NCBI RefSeq assembly: GCF_009914755.1
Contig: NC_060937.1
Strand: one strand, 5' to 3'
DNA: 64,000 nucleotides
Source of the DNA: the human T2T-CHM13v2.0 reference genome, Homo sapiens
In this document: positions 26,820-42,000 of the stretch, piece after piece
Position numbering within the stretch: position 1 is the stretch's first letter
How the letters are laid out: each line of letters opens with the position of its first letter
The notes under the pieces: generated by a model
Seen by the model: the letters and a program-made list of their open reading frames with translations, nothing else
Told to the model about the DNA's origin: nothing
Databases searched by the model: none
Position numbers and translations under genes: made by a program

Positions 26820-28632
26820 CAGTAGTGTTCCCTTATCAGGAAGTACGTTTCCTGATACAAGGAATGTGTTCTAAGACTCCCCCAGTAGGTGCCTGAAACT
26901 GAGGAAAGTACCAAACTTGACTGCTGTCAATCAGAACATATTTCTGTTCCTGTCTTCCACTCACAGATTTAATGTCTTTTCCATCTTAGCACCTGTCATG
27001 CACTGTGGTCATAAGTTTTGCAGTTTGAGGTGTGACAACCAAAACTAGCATGAATTTCTTTCTCTTTCTTTACAATTTCCAAGATAGAAGATTTTTTTTT
27101 TTTTTTTACTGTAGTATCAAGGGAACCAGCCCCCAATATTTCAATGTAGGTTCTTTTCTATTTTCCCTAAGTGTCGGCCGGTCTGAGAAATAAATAAGAA
27201 ATTTTACAGCTGGGTCTCCCGGGGTGACATCACATGTTGACAGGTTCTGTGATGCCCCCAAGCTGCAAAACCAACACGTCTTTATTAGGGGTTTCAAAAG
27301 GGGAGGGAGTGTACGAATAGGGCGTGGGTCACAGAGATCGCATGCTTCAAAAGGCAATAAAATATCACAAGGCAAATGGGGGCAGAGCAAGATCACAAGG
27401 CCAGGGTGAAATTAGAATTGCTGATGAGGTTTCATGTCCCACTGTGCACCCATTGTCATTGATAAACATCTTAACAGGAAACAGGGTTCAAGAGCAGAGA
27501 ACTGGTCTGACTAGAATTCGCCAGGCTGGAATTTCTTAATCCTAGCAAGCCTGGGGGCGCTGCAGGAGACCAGGGCGTATTTTATCCCTTATCTTCAACT
27601 GCATAAGACAGACACTCCCAGAGCGGCCATTTTAGCGGCTTCCCCCAGGAATGCATTCTTTTCCCAGGGCTGTTCCTTGCTGAGAAAAAGAATTCAGTGA
27701 TATTTCTCCTATTCGCTTTTACAAGAAGAGAAATATGACTCTGTTCTGCCCGGCCCTGCAGGCAGTCAGGCCTTATGGTTATCTCCCTTGTTTCCTGAAC
27801 ATCGCTGTTATCCTGTTCTTTTAGGATGCCCAGATTTCATATTGTTCAAACACACATGTTTTACAAACAATTTGTACAGATAACACAATCATCACAGGGT
27901 CCTGAGGCGACATACATCCTCAGCTTATGAAGATGATGGGATTAAGAGATTAAAGTAAAGACAGGCATAGGAAATTATAAGAGTATTGACTGGGGAAGTG
28001 ATAAATGTCCATGAAATCTTCACAATTTATGTTCAGAGATTGCAGTAAAGACAGGCCTAAGAAATTATAAAAGTATTCATTTGGAGAACTAATAAATGTA
28101 CATGAAATCTTCACAATTTATGTTCTTCTGCCGTGGCTTCAGCTGGTCCCTCTGTTCAGGTTCCCTGACTTCCTGCAATACTGTAGATCTTAGCAACCTC
28201 AGCATATGATTGTTTTCCTTATTAAGTCAAGAACTTTCACCTTTTCACTTAAAGGGAGTACTTGATAGCTTCTCTTTGGCATTTTGGAATTGCCAGCATC
28301 ACTACTCTTTGTGCTTTGGCACCATTATTAGGTCAACCATGGGTGACTTGAACACAAACACTGTGGTCAACAGCCGATCTGCAAACCAAGAAGACTGCTA
28401 AGAGACTCATGGGCAGGGAGCACATGCAGTGTGAATATGCTGGACAAAGGGACAGTTCACAGAGGGGGACACAGCAGAATGGCTTGAGATTTCATCACAC
28501 TATGCAAAACAATGCGCAATTTAAAACTTAAGAATTGTTTATTTCTGAAATCTTCCTTTTAATATTTCTGGACTGTGGTTGACTGTGGGTAACTGCAACT
28601 ACAGAAAGTGGAACCATGGAAGCAGACCACTG
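26820..28632. mobile_element. MER44 (Tigger7-derived) DNA transposon
   Basis: CAGT...ACTG termini, TA TSD, and gactgtggttgactgtgggtaactg terminus. Confidence 0.8.
27115..28180 (-). mobile_element. MER11 (HERV-K11/HML-8) solo LTR
   Basis: About 1.07 kb, internal repeat catgaaatcttcacaatttatgttc twice, perfect 6-bp TSD CTGTAG. Confidence 0.93.
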
Positions 28633-31366
28633 TACTTCATTCCAGTGATTGCTGAATCATATTCCATTGTGTATTTACACCATGTTCTATTTGTTCATTC
28701 ATCAGTTCATGGACATTTGGGTAGTTTCCACTTTTTGGCTGTTATGAACATTCATATACAAGTTTTTGTGTGGAGGTATGCTTTCATCTCATTTGGGTAT
28801 GCACTAGGAATAGATTGTAGTGACCTTTTTGCTTCTGGAAGGTTGACAGATGGACTTCGTTGTTGTTGGCTTGCAGTGGGAATCCATCAAGAATTATTGC
28901 AGGAATTCTTGTGTAACTGGGCGTCTCAGCCGCATTACTTAATAATACCAAACTTAAACTGGATAGTAAAGTATATCATAGGTAGCAAGGGCGTAACTGT
29001 CAGTTTGAAGTTTATGTGAAATAAGCAGTGACTCTTACATGTGATAGAGATGTACCATTTCCCAAAATGAATGTGATCCCACAGCGATGCCTCTCCTAGT
29101 AATTCACAGGGAGGTAAGTAGGTAATTGTTGAGACTTGCTAATGTGTGTGTGAAACATTTCTGCAAAAAATGACGCCATCTTTTTGCTGTTGAGAACCCA
29201 TGATTATATTAAGCATTTGAACTATACTTAAAATATCCTGATAATGATTGTTCACATCTACTTGTGCCTTGTGTGGTAGTTATTTAAAAACTCCTTAATC
29301 TAGAAAAAAATAATTTAAGGCTAGACTTTTTTCCCTTAGGATATTTTCCTTATTGTCTGCAACAATATAATTTGGAGTATAAACCTGTGTTTATAGACAA
29401 AATGCAATGTCCTCATTAGAAGTGATTTTTGTGATTGTTAACATAATGAAGCATAGGCTGTAAAACTAGCACATTTTGTATGTGTTTTCGGTGAACTTAC
29501 CTGGCCCCTAATAGGACTCAGGTTGTCTTGGATTTTGATGGATTGATGAAACCTTGTACATAAATTGCCAGTCCTGGAACCAATCTTCCTTCATTTCTTC
29601 CCTGTTTTATTTAGTTTTTCTTCCAGTTGTATTTCATTTTTGGCTTGTTAATAATTGTGATTTAGTAAAAATAACTTGAGACTGTAAGCTAAAAGTTGGC
29701 TATGGTCTAGGGAAGTGGGCTTCTTCTCGTGGACTAGAAATGTTTAAACTTATTCTTTTTTTTTTCCCTCAAAATATGAGTGCAACTGACATCTGGTTTA
29801 ACGATGATTGAGTGAGAATTTTGAGTGTTTATAAAGACAGTTAGCTTTTAATTATCTGGGCACACAACCCGGAGCATTGCATTTTGCTGGCTGTTTCCCT
29901 GCTCCTTCCTTCTGGCTCTGTGAAGACTTGTTGGCCTTCCCCAAGAGAAGGTGAAGTTGGAAGTGTAACTGACCCCAGCCACTCTGAGATGAAAGTTGGG
30001 GTAGCAGGCAGAAGGGTAGGAGAAATGTTTAGACTTTTGACCACTGTGAGACTTTTGGGTTCCATCTAGAATTCAGGGATCTGTGCAGTTCTGATTACCA
30101 CTATCTTGGAAGACTGCGAGTTGGCTTTGGTTTTGCTATCAAATGATATTAGTATTGGCAAAAATAGTCCTAGTATACTCCCCAATATTATGTAGTACAA
30201 TGCCAAATCTTAATAGAAATGAGTGACTTGAGAATTACCCCTTAAAGGAATGTTATTTGCTGAATATACAATATAAGTTTACCAAGAACATGGTGTAATT
30301 CAGTGGGTTAACCACATATGCCATTTTGACTACAATTTCAAAACAGGGTTAGAATTTTAAAGAGGAAGTTCCAAGAATTGCTTCATTTTACTTTTTATAT
30401 TCCTAGTGCTGTGCACCATGTCAGGTATGTATATAGCAGGTTGTCATTAAATAATTTTTGAATGAATGAATAAATGAATGCTTTCTTTGTATCTTAGTTA
30501 AAATTAAGACAGATTATTTAAATGAAAAGTTAAACTCTAACATATTCTTTAACCTGGAAAGATTTTCATGTAGCAAATTAATAGTGGTGACAAGCTTTCA
30601 ACTTTGAAGGTTTCATCCAACCATATAGTCTTTCAAAAAGTATCACTAGAGTGATATACTTTCATGTACTCTTGTATGTTTTTATTCTTGAGCTACTGAC
30701 AAAACTAGGATGGGTTTTCTCCTGTGCAGTAGAAGGCTACTTTAATAAAGTGATGTCAAGAACTGAGGAAGGCTCTTCCTCCAAAACACAACCAACTCCC
30801 TCATCCCCCCCAACACACACCTGAAATTTAATCATCTGTTTGGTCTTTTTGTTTGTTTGTTTTTTATTCCTATAAATTAGTAAATAGCAACTATTTATAG
30901 GAAGAATAATTTGATTTAAAAGTGATGAGGGTGTGTAAGCTGTATTTCAGCCAGTGAGAAGTTGGGTAAGAGCCTCCTGCTCTTGGGAGTATGCAGTGTA
31001 GACTGGAATGACTGGGGGAATAGGAGGTAAGTCACTAATTACAGTTTAGAGTTCCCTGAGTGCTTTCACAGACACTCTCATTTGATGCTCAATGCGCTGA
31101 TATATAGAGAACTACCTACTGGTCTAGGTCTCAAGTCCAGTAACCTTGTTGTAGCTCAATTTCCTCATGTGTAAACCAGGGGTAAGAGATGCTACCACAT
31201 AGGGTTGCTACAAAGATTCAGGCCCAAAGCAGACAGTGTAAGTGAGTGTTGGCTGACATAACTCGGGTTCCTGTTTTATAGCTGAGGCCTTGAGAAGTTA
31301 GGAGACAGTCTTCATTATCCAAGGAGTCTGGTACTTCCATCTCAGCTTCTCTGACTTCAGGTTCTT

Positions 31367-31392
31367 TGTGTGTGTGTGTGTGTGTGTGTGTG
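31367..31392. repeat. (TG)n microsatellite
   Basis: Seen directly. Confidence 0.95.
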
Positions 31393-33649
31393 CACTGTGA
31401 GGACAGTTTAAAAAGTGCAAAACCCATCCTTTTGTGAAGAACTGGCTTCTCTGACATCATGAATGACTTTTTCAATCATTCTATTCAGGGACAGGAAAGA
31501 GGTAGGAGATATTTATTCCATTTAAATTATGTTCTGTTTTTACCTAATGTGTTTATGGTAAGCCATAATCCTTGCATTTGTAAGTTTTTGGTATTTGTAA
31601 CCAATGAGATCTGTCAAAGATGTTGCATCATAAATAATGATGTGGACATCTTATGGAATTTATTATAAAAATTTGATGTGTTTTGTGGAGTCATGGAGAT
31701 CATATAATGGTTGTTTCGACAATGAAGTTTAATGAACGGAGTAAAGAAGGGTGTTTTTAATTGATTGACAGCTTTAGAGAAGGCATCCAGCTCCTCCTGT
31801 ATACCAGCCTGGGGCTTCTCCCTGCGGAAAAATGCCCTGTACTATCTCATTATAAGGTCATGATACGTGAACACTTAGTTATCTCCCTGAATGAAAAATT
31901 ATGGCAAACATGGCTCTTGGGAATTGTTTCATGATGTGGTTCGTCTGTACCACAGTGGTTTCTAACGTAAATGTTTGTTGGGATATTTTTGTTTCTCATT
32001 ACTAATGTTGAAATGATTGGTGTGATGATGGTTTGTATCTTAAGTATCATGACCTAGTAGCTGATCTGTCAATTAGTAAGTAACTTAATTTGGAATCAAC
32101 TGTGAGCCCAGTTGAAGCTCACAGCCTAATGTTTGTCAGCAAACCCCTCTCCCCAGCTTTGAATACAAGCTCAAACAATGTTTTTCTTTTTGCACAGGGG
32201 TTTGCACACAAATATGGTGGAGAGTGCTTTTGGGATTCTAGGCACCTTTTAAATGGCTGCTTAAAAGAAATTGAAAAAGTTAAACGAGAGAAGTGCCTGC
32301 TGACTCGCATTAGTGGGCATTTTGCTGATAACCAGTCTGGTATGAAGTGGTCTTCAAGAAGCTCCCAGAATGTTTGGGATTTAAGTCATGTGGATTATGC
32401 GATCAGAACTGGAACTGAGCGATAGAGCTTCAGAGAAACTTGTTGTTTACATTGGCAAGAAATCTTATCCAGCAAGAGGATTAAAATAAAACCATGACCA
32501 AAACAGTAAAGGGTGTGAAGATAATTCCCATTTGCTTATGAAATGAATACACCTCATAGCTAAAGAAATGGGGTTTTTTGAAATTTATATACTTGGCAAT
32601 TATTGCCTTAATATTTATCTGATAGATATTTTCTTCTACAGAACCTGTTTTTTAATAACTTCCTATCAAGGGCTTCTTCGGAGGCCACAGGTGGTAAGAC
32701 AGGTTTGGCAGAGGTGTTGGTGCGGAATATGCCCTCGGGAGGCCGCTCCGCCCTTCATATGCTCGGGTAGGCTAATTACAACCTCAGAGGAAGCCCCAAG
32801 GGCCTCACACTTGGCGCAGTCGCTTCCTAGCTTCTTTGCCACAGGATGGCTGGAAGCACGAGCCTACACTGGGATATGTAGGCTTTTTTCCCAGAGGAGT
32901 CGAAATGCCTTCACAAGTCACTTGTGTACTATGAAGTAGATAGGGCAAATATTAATTTCCCTTTTAAAATTAAGGGACTGAGTGGTGATTTAAAAGTGTA
33001 TCATGTGAGATAGGTCCAGGATTAAACCTGAGGTATTCTCTCCTGATGTGTATCTCTTCAGATTATTTTAGGTGGGGATGATTTTATTTAACTGCCTTAG
33101 GAAAATAAGGAAAGGGGCAAACAAGAAAGAGAAGAAAAAATTGTATACAAGGCAGGGTGTGGCTGTTTGACTACATAGTCATCACTCCTGTTTGTGTTGA
33201 CTTTTGATAACTTAAGTGGGAAACATGTGGTCTCTATTTATGTGGTTCCTATGAATCACAACAGCATTACGTGAAATGTGTCACACCTTAAATAACTTGC
33301 TAATGAGTAAGGTTCAAAATTATAGAAAAACTGAATGAGTAATTGTTAGATTAGAACTACTAAACAGTTCTTTTAAAATACTGTAATTTCTTTCAGAATA
33401 CTGAATTCTCAACATAAGAATGAGTTCACATTTAAAGTGTGATTTATTCTTATTTTTAAACAACCTACTTTCACTATGTTTTGAGATGGTTTGTAGATTT
33501 ATAACTTTTGCAATGTTGTCAGAAGACAGAAAGTAATTTAATAACTCAGTTTCTTCCTTTAAATAAAGGATGTTGCATCTGGCAAAACAGACATTTATCT
33601 GCTAAGATGCAGCTTCTTACTTTCATTCTACAGATGGATAGTAACAGGT

Positions 33650-33870
33650 AATAATAACAGCTAGCATTTGTGAGTGCTTGTCTTGGGTCAGGCAAGTGCT
33701 AAGTGTTTCATGCATATTATCTCATTTAATTCTCACCATAACCCTTTGAGATGGGTACATTTAATCTCCATTTCACAAATGGGATAACTAAGATGTTATG
33801 TAGCTTGTTCAGAATTGCAGGTAGAAAGTGGCAGAGCAGGGCTTTAAACCCAGGCATCCTAATTCCAGTG
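33650..33870 (-). mobile_element. MIR
   Basis: tattatctcatttaattctcacc...ccatttcacaaatg...agtggcagagcagggctttaaacccagg. Confidence 0.8.
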
Positions 33871-35789
33871 CCCCTACTTGGCCTCAACAGGCCACCATTG
33901 ACATCATGTTGTGACCTTAAGGTAAGTAGCTGAGGCAGCCTCTGTAGACCTAATAGTCCTGCTATAAAATTGTGCTTTCTTTTTTTGGTTTTAAACTCAT
34001 AAAAAATTTTTGTTTTATTTTAGGGGGAGTCTTAGGTGAGTTTACAATTATATGGTATAAGAGTTGCTAATTAAAAAATCAGATTTTTCGAGTTATTGAG
34101 GTTGGAGTAGCTAGTATGTGCAGTACAAATGTTTTATAATGCTTGTGAAAATGCCCACAGAACTGTTAAAACATTTAAAGAGAACTTATCTTATACTGAA
34201 ATTTAGAGTATTATATTTTTATTATCTTCCTCTGTCTCTCACACCTACACCCATGCACACACACAGTCATTATGTGTTAACACATCTTTTTATCCAGGAA
34301 AATTGGATGAAAAGATTAACTGAACATTTTTATTTACTGATCTACCTTCTATACCCTTAACAGAGGAGGATTATTTTTGAAGCTGTATTATGTTGTAAAA
34401 TACCCTAATTTTAAAATATCTAAATAGATTGAAGATAATTTAATTTTTGTAGCCTAAAAATACTTTAGAGTCTAATGTAGTTGAGTTACTCTTTTACTGA
34501 GTACTTATAAAATGCTGTTGGTTTTTGGTGTCTGTTTCATGTGGGAGGTTTTGTAACTTTCTAGAAAGTTAAACGTTCTGAGCCTCGAATTTCATACTAG
34601 TGAAATGGAGATAATAATAAGGATTATTAAATTTAAGATTGTGTGGATTGCATAGATAATAAGAAAAATTACCTAGGACAAAAACTGGTGTCAGCCTCTT
34701 CTATTCTTTGTTCCTTTAGGTATGGGAGATTTAGTAAATTGACCTAAATCTGATTGGTTTTGGCTTCTTCTGAATGTTGTTCTTTTATATTAATAAATTT
34801 ATTTATAAATTTATATATAAACACCTGTAGTCTTTAAAGAATATAAACAAAAGATAACATTAAAAATAAGTGTAATTCTACAACTTAGGAATAATTACTG
34901 TTAGTATATTTATTCCATGTTTACTTATGATACATTCTTATAGAGTTATAGAAATTGGGATTATACTCCCAATTTTTCATAAACTTTCCCAATTTTTCAT
35001 AAATTGCTTTTTAAATAATATTCTTTACAAGTAATAAATCCACTTTTATGACATGAATTTCAATTTCATGTCATTTTCTGTTTTATGGCTATATCATAAT
35101 ATAATCAAGTTCTTATTGCTGGGCATTCAGGTTATTTGTAATTGTTGCTATTTATTCTACAGAACGCCATGAAACAATTCTGTTCTGTGTGCCTGTCCTG
35201 TTGTCCTAGTATAAATTCCTAGATCCTGCACCTAGGAGAATATGCATATTTAAGACTTCTGATACATACCACAAATTACCTTCTAGAATTGTGGTAACAT
35301 TTTATATTACCTTCAGTGGTGTACAGGGCATGCCAGATTGCCACGTCTTCAAAATATAAGCTATTATTTAAAACCTTTGTTTAGTTTTTATATTGTCTTT
35401 TTTTAAAAAAATATATAAATACTGTACAAATGGAATTTGGTCTTTTATCATCATTATTTAGATTTTGGAAAGTACGTAAGTACAAGAGTACATCAATATT
35501 TAGATATATGAGGGGGTCTTCAGACCCCCTCATATATCTACACATGATCTTGCCTTTCTATCATCTTTTTGGGGGAGATGAACCATTATGGATAGTTGGG
35601 TTTTCTGAATAGCTTTGAATATTCCATTTTGCCCACTTTATTAAAGGATATTCTAAATATAACTAACTCAGCCATGTCTATATGATGCGGAGGTGTGTTT
35701 CTGAGGATTAATTGTTGGAGTATTGTCAGAGTGGTAACTTCAGGGTTGATGCATATAAGGAGGTTTGGCATGTACTGTTTAACCACCCT

Positions 35790-35960
35790 CAAGAACTTGA
35801 TTGCACATTTCAGCCACTACAAACTAATAAGCAGGTGATATTTTCCCTGCTTCAGGTGAGCACACTGGGGTGCAGAGAGGTTATGTAACTTGCTTAAGAT
35901 CACACAGTTATTAGGTAGTGAATGTGGAATTTGAACTTGCTTTGGTCAGACTTCAGTTCT
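35790..35960 (-). mobile_element. MIR
   Basis: gcagagaggttatgtaacttgcttaagatcacacag...ggaatttgaac. Confidence 0.7.
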
Positions 35961-36445
35961 TTTTCTTTCCATTTTGCCACTTGCTACATGCTGCCCTCTT
36001 GATTGGCCCTTTCATTGCTGTTGACTGTCATTCTTCACTGCTATCCGGTGTCTGCAGGACACAGCCCTTCTTTCTTGTAAATCACTGCTTTGAATCTATA
36101 TTGATTTGGGAATGGAATTGCCAGATTATAAGTGTCAGTGGCTCTGAGGGGCTTTGCTATGACTAGAGAGAATGGGCTTTAGCATCTGCGTTGGATGTTT
36201 CTGGGCCTATTTCATGCTTTTTGGCTATGCGTAGGAGTTTCCAGATGAAGGACATGTTACAACGTTTTCTATAGTTGAGATCTGCACTCCCCTTGAGTTT
36301 GTTTTGGAACAATTTGGGGAAAATTCAAAAGAGTTTCTCTTGCACAGGTTGGTGGGATAATCCAGGGTCCTTTCAGTTATTTTCAGAAGAATATGCCATT
36401 CTCTTTGGGTATGTTTAACTGTGCTTTAAACATTACATTTTTCTT

Positions 36446-39409
<2,964 letters not shown>

Positions 39410-40832
39410 TACATTTTTCTTATGAGGCTGTGGGCTCCCTGATGGAAGAGCTGCCTGCCTTCAAAACGTGTTTTTTCTTTCGGTAAATTCCTACCCAGCA
39501 TTCAGGTAATGCCTGTAACAGACACTCAGCCTTTGTTTAAGTAAAGCAGCAGTGCAGCCCTTCTGTAGATTAATGGCAAGTATAGGAAGGATCTACCTCT
39601 TCCTGAGTTTGAGCATGTTGCCTCCTGGCCCAGGCTCCTGTCCAAATGTATAGACCAACCTCTGAGAAACACAACCATTATTTTGTCAGTTAACAGATAT
39701 CATGTCTAGCTGCAGCGATGTTGGGCACTGTGGAGAGATGCAGAATGAAGATACATAGGGATTCTAGGGGGACCGTGAAGCTGGCAGTAGTGAGGATAGC
39801 TGGGGGATGGTGGTAAAGGTCCCTTCGTTGAGCCCTGGAGCCAACCTGGGATTTAAGATTGGTGACTTTCCAGTTCAGGATATCAGAAATGTATTTCTTT
39901 CTGAAGTGGCAGGTGGAGCAGGGACTACTCCTGTTTTTACGTGGTGGCTGCATCTCCAGGACAGCTGGTGTCACTGCTGTTGGTCCCTGCCCTCCCCTTG
40001 AGCTGGGACTCAGTCCCAGGGGTTGTTCTTAGGGCAGCTTTTTTCCCACTGTGACCTTCATTTTCTCTGCTACTATTTCCCCTGTGGAATCCCCTTTTCT
40101 ATCCCAGCCACCTCCCCCTTCAGAGAGAGAATCTAGAGATTTTTCTAGAGGTTTCACCAACATTATTGGTGGTGGTAACTGCATGTGCCTGTTCCTTTGT
40201 AATTCCTTAAGTTGGGAATTGTCTGTTTAAAATATTCACCATCTCACCTCTCTTTCTTTTGTCTCTCTGCGCCAGGATTTAATAGTCTTCTCCCCAGGAT
40301 GTTTCAATAAATGGCTCTTTACATCAATTAGGACGATTTCATAAATAAGTTTAAGAAGTGTCATGCCCTCTGCTGTTTAGCTTTGTAATGAAATTTGAGG
40401 AATATAAAGATGGAATTGAAATTAATGATAGTGTATTCAGTGTCGTTGGTATCTTGAGTTTCTATCTTATACTGTTTTTATTCATTCTTAGTAGAATAGA
40501 TCACCCATAGGTTTTTAAAAAATATATAAAATATGTTGAAAATTTAGTTTAGCTCTTTTGTGTATCATCCAATAAAATGATTATATTACTGAAAACACTC
40601 ATTGTAATTTTTTCCTGCATATATTTGTCATACTAAAATGGCTAAACTATCTCTTTGTAATATAAAACAGACAGTACATATTCCTATAAGGAACAGATTA
40701 TAGGATATAACAGTCTATATATGCAAATCCTTCAAGTATAACATTAAATGCATATTAATTAATCTAATACTGAATTGGACTTGTGTGCTATCCCTGCTTA
40801 AGAGAAAATTAACAACCAAACCTATCTTTCAG

Positions 40833-40903
40833 GCAGTAACAGAGAAGAATTTTGAAACAAAAGATTTTCGAGCCTCTCTAGAAAATGGTGTTCTGCTGTG
40901 TGA
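40833..40903 (+). CDS. LMO7: LMO7 internal coding exon (71 nt, phase 0 to 2), calponin-homology domain
   Basis: Acceptor cctatctttcAG and donor GA|GTAAGT. Translates AVTEKNFETKDFRASLENGVLLC+GA, which I recognise as the LMO7 CH domain (LENGVLLC motif). Confidence 0.96.
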
Positions 40904-41804
40904 GTAAGTATTTAAAGTATTTAAAAAATAATTCAAAAGCAAAGATATGTGTGTGTGAGTGATGAGGTGTTTGGCTCCTCCCATGGCCACCGTAGTCACA
41001 GATATGTGTTCTTGGTCACAGGTGAGATTTGATCCCTGCAAATTGATACCTCACAATACGAGACAGTAGGAAGAAGGGGTTATCAGTCTCTGTATCTAAA
41101 GATAGCACTGGTAAAATATATATTATTTTTAATTAGTAAACAAGAAAGATTCTATTGCATGGTGGGCCAGTGGGGGGTGGGTGATTGAGAAGGAAGCCTT
41201 ATGACATGTTACCATTGATCTCTTAGTCTGAATATTCTAATGGGTAGAATTGCCTGGTTTGGAAGTTAATACACAAAATCTTTGCTTCATCAATAAATCA
41301 TGATGATTGGAGTGGTAGATTTTTCCTTTAAGCTTTAAGTGGAGTCATTACATTACCAAAATCAATTTGAGTTGTGGACCATTCATTCAATTAATAGACA
41401 CCATTGAGAACCACACCCCAGACTTTGCTTACAAAGAAGTAAGATAGGCTAGTACCATGATTGATAGTATAAGGCCTGCATTGTATGTGTAGTGTAATAT
41501 TTTGTTCCCCAATGGATGCATAGTACAGTTAGTCAAGTATATGAACTTTGGGAATAAGGGAGAGGCAGGCCTGTGAGGCATAAGGATGAAATCCTGGGTG
41601 AAGGTAGAGGTTGCAGAAGCGAGCAAATAAATTCTAAGAATGTACTTGAGTACTCACCCACATTTTTGAAAGCACTTAATTATTTCAATCTAGACACTTA
41701 TCGCACAGGTATTTATGCTATCTGTCCACATGTAAGCAGTGAGAGTGTATACACTAGTACTTAGAGATTTTGATTATCCTTTTGAAGGAGTTGTTTGCAG
41801 CAAA

Positions 41805-42000
41805 AGGTCTGGAGTCAAAGGGCCTAGGTTAGATTTCTTGCTCCATTATTTTTGGACCTTTGAATAAGTGACCTCACATCTTTGAACATTTGACCAAGTG
41901 ATTTAACATTTGAGCCTTATTTTCTCATCGGTAAAGTAGAGATCAAGGTATCTGATGTGCCTAATTCACAGAGTTGCTGAGTTCAACAATATATATTTTA
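41805..42000 (+). mobile_element. MIR
   Basis: tctggagtcaaagggcctaggtt...tgagccttattttctcatcggtaaa. Confidence 0.7.

Larger units (their letters stand above)
26420..28815 (-). mobile_element. Old L1MB 3' region hosting MER44 and MER11
   Basis: ttattgagatataattcacatac..., interrupted at gtattagta and resuming at tacttcattcc. Confidence 0.8.

Noticed and set aside
27950-28125. ~90-bp direct repeat
   Set aside because: An intrinsic feature of the MER11 LTR.
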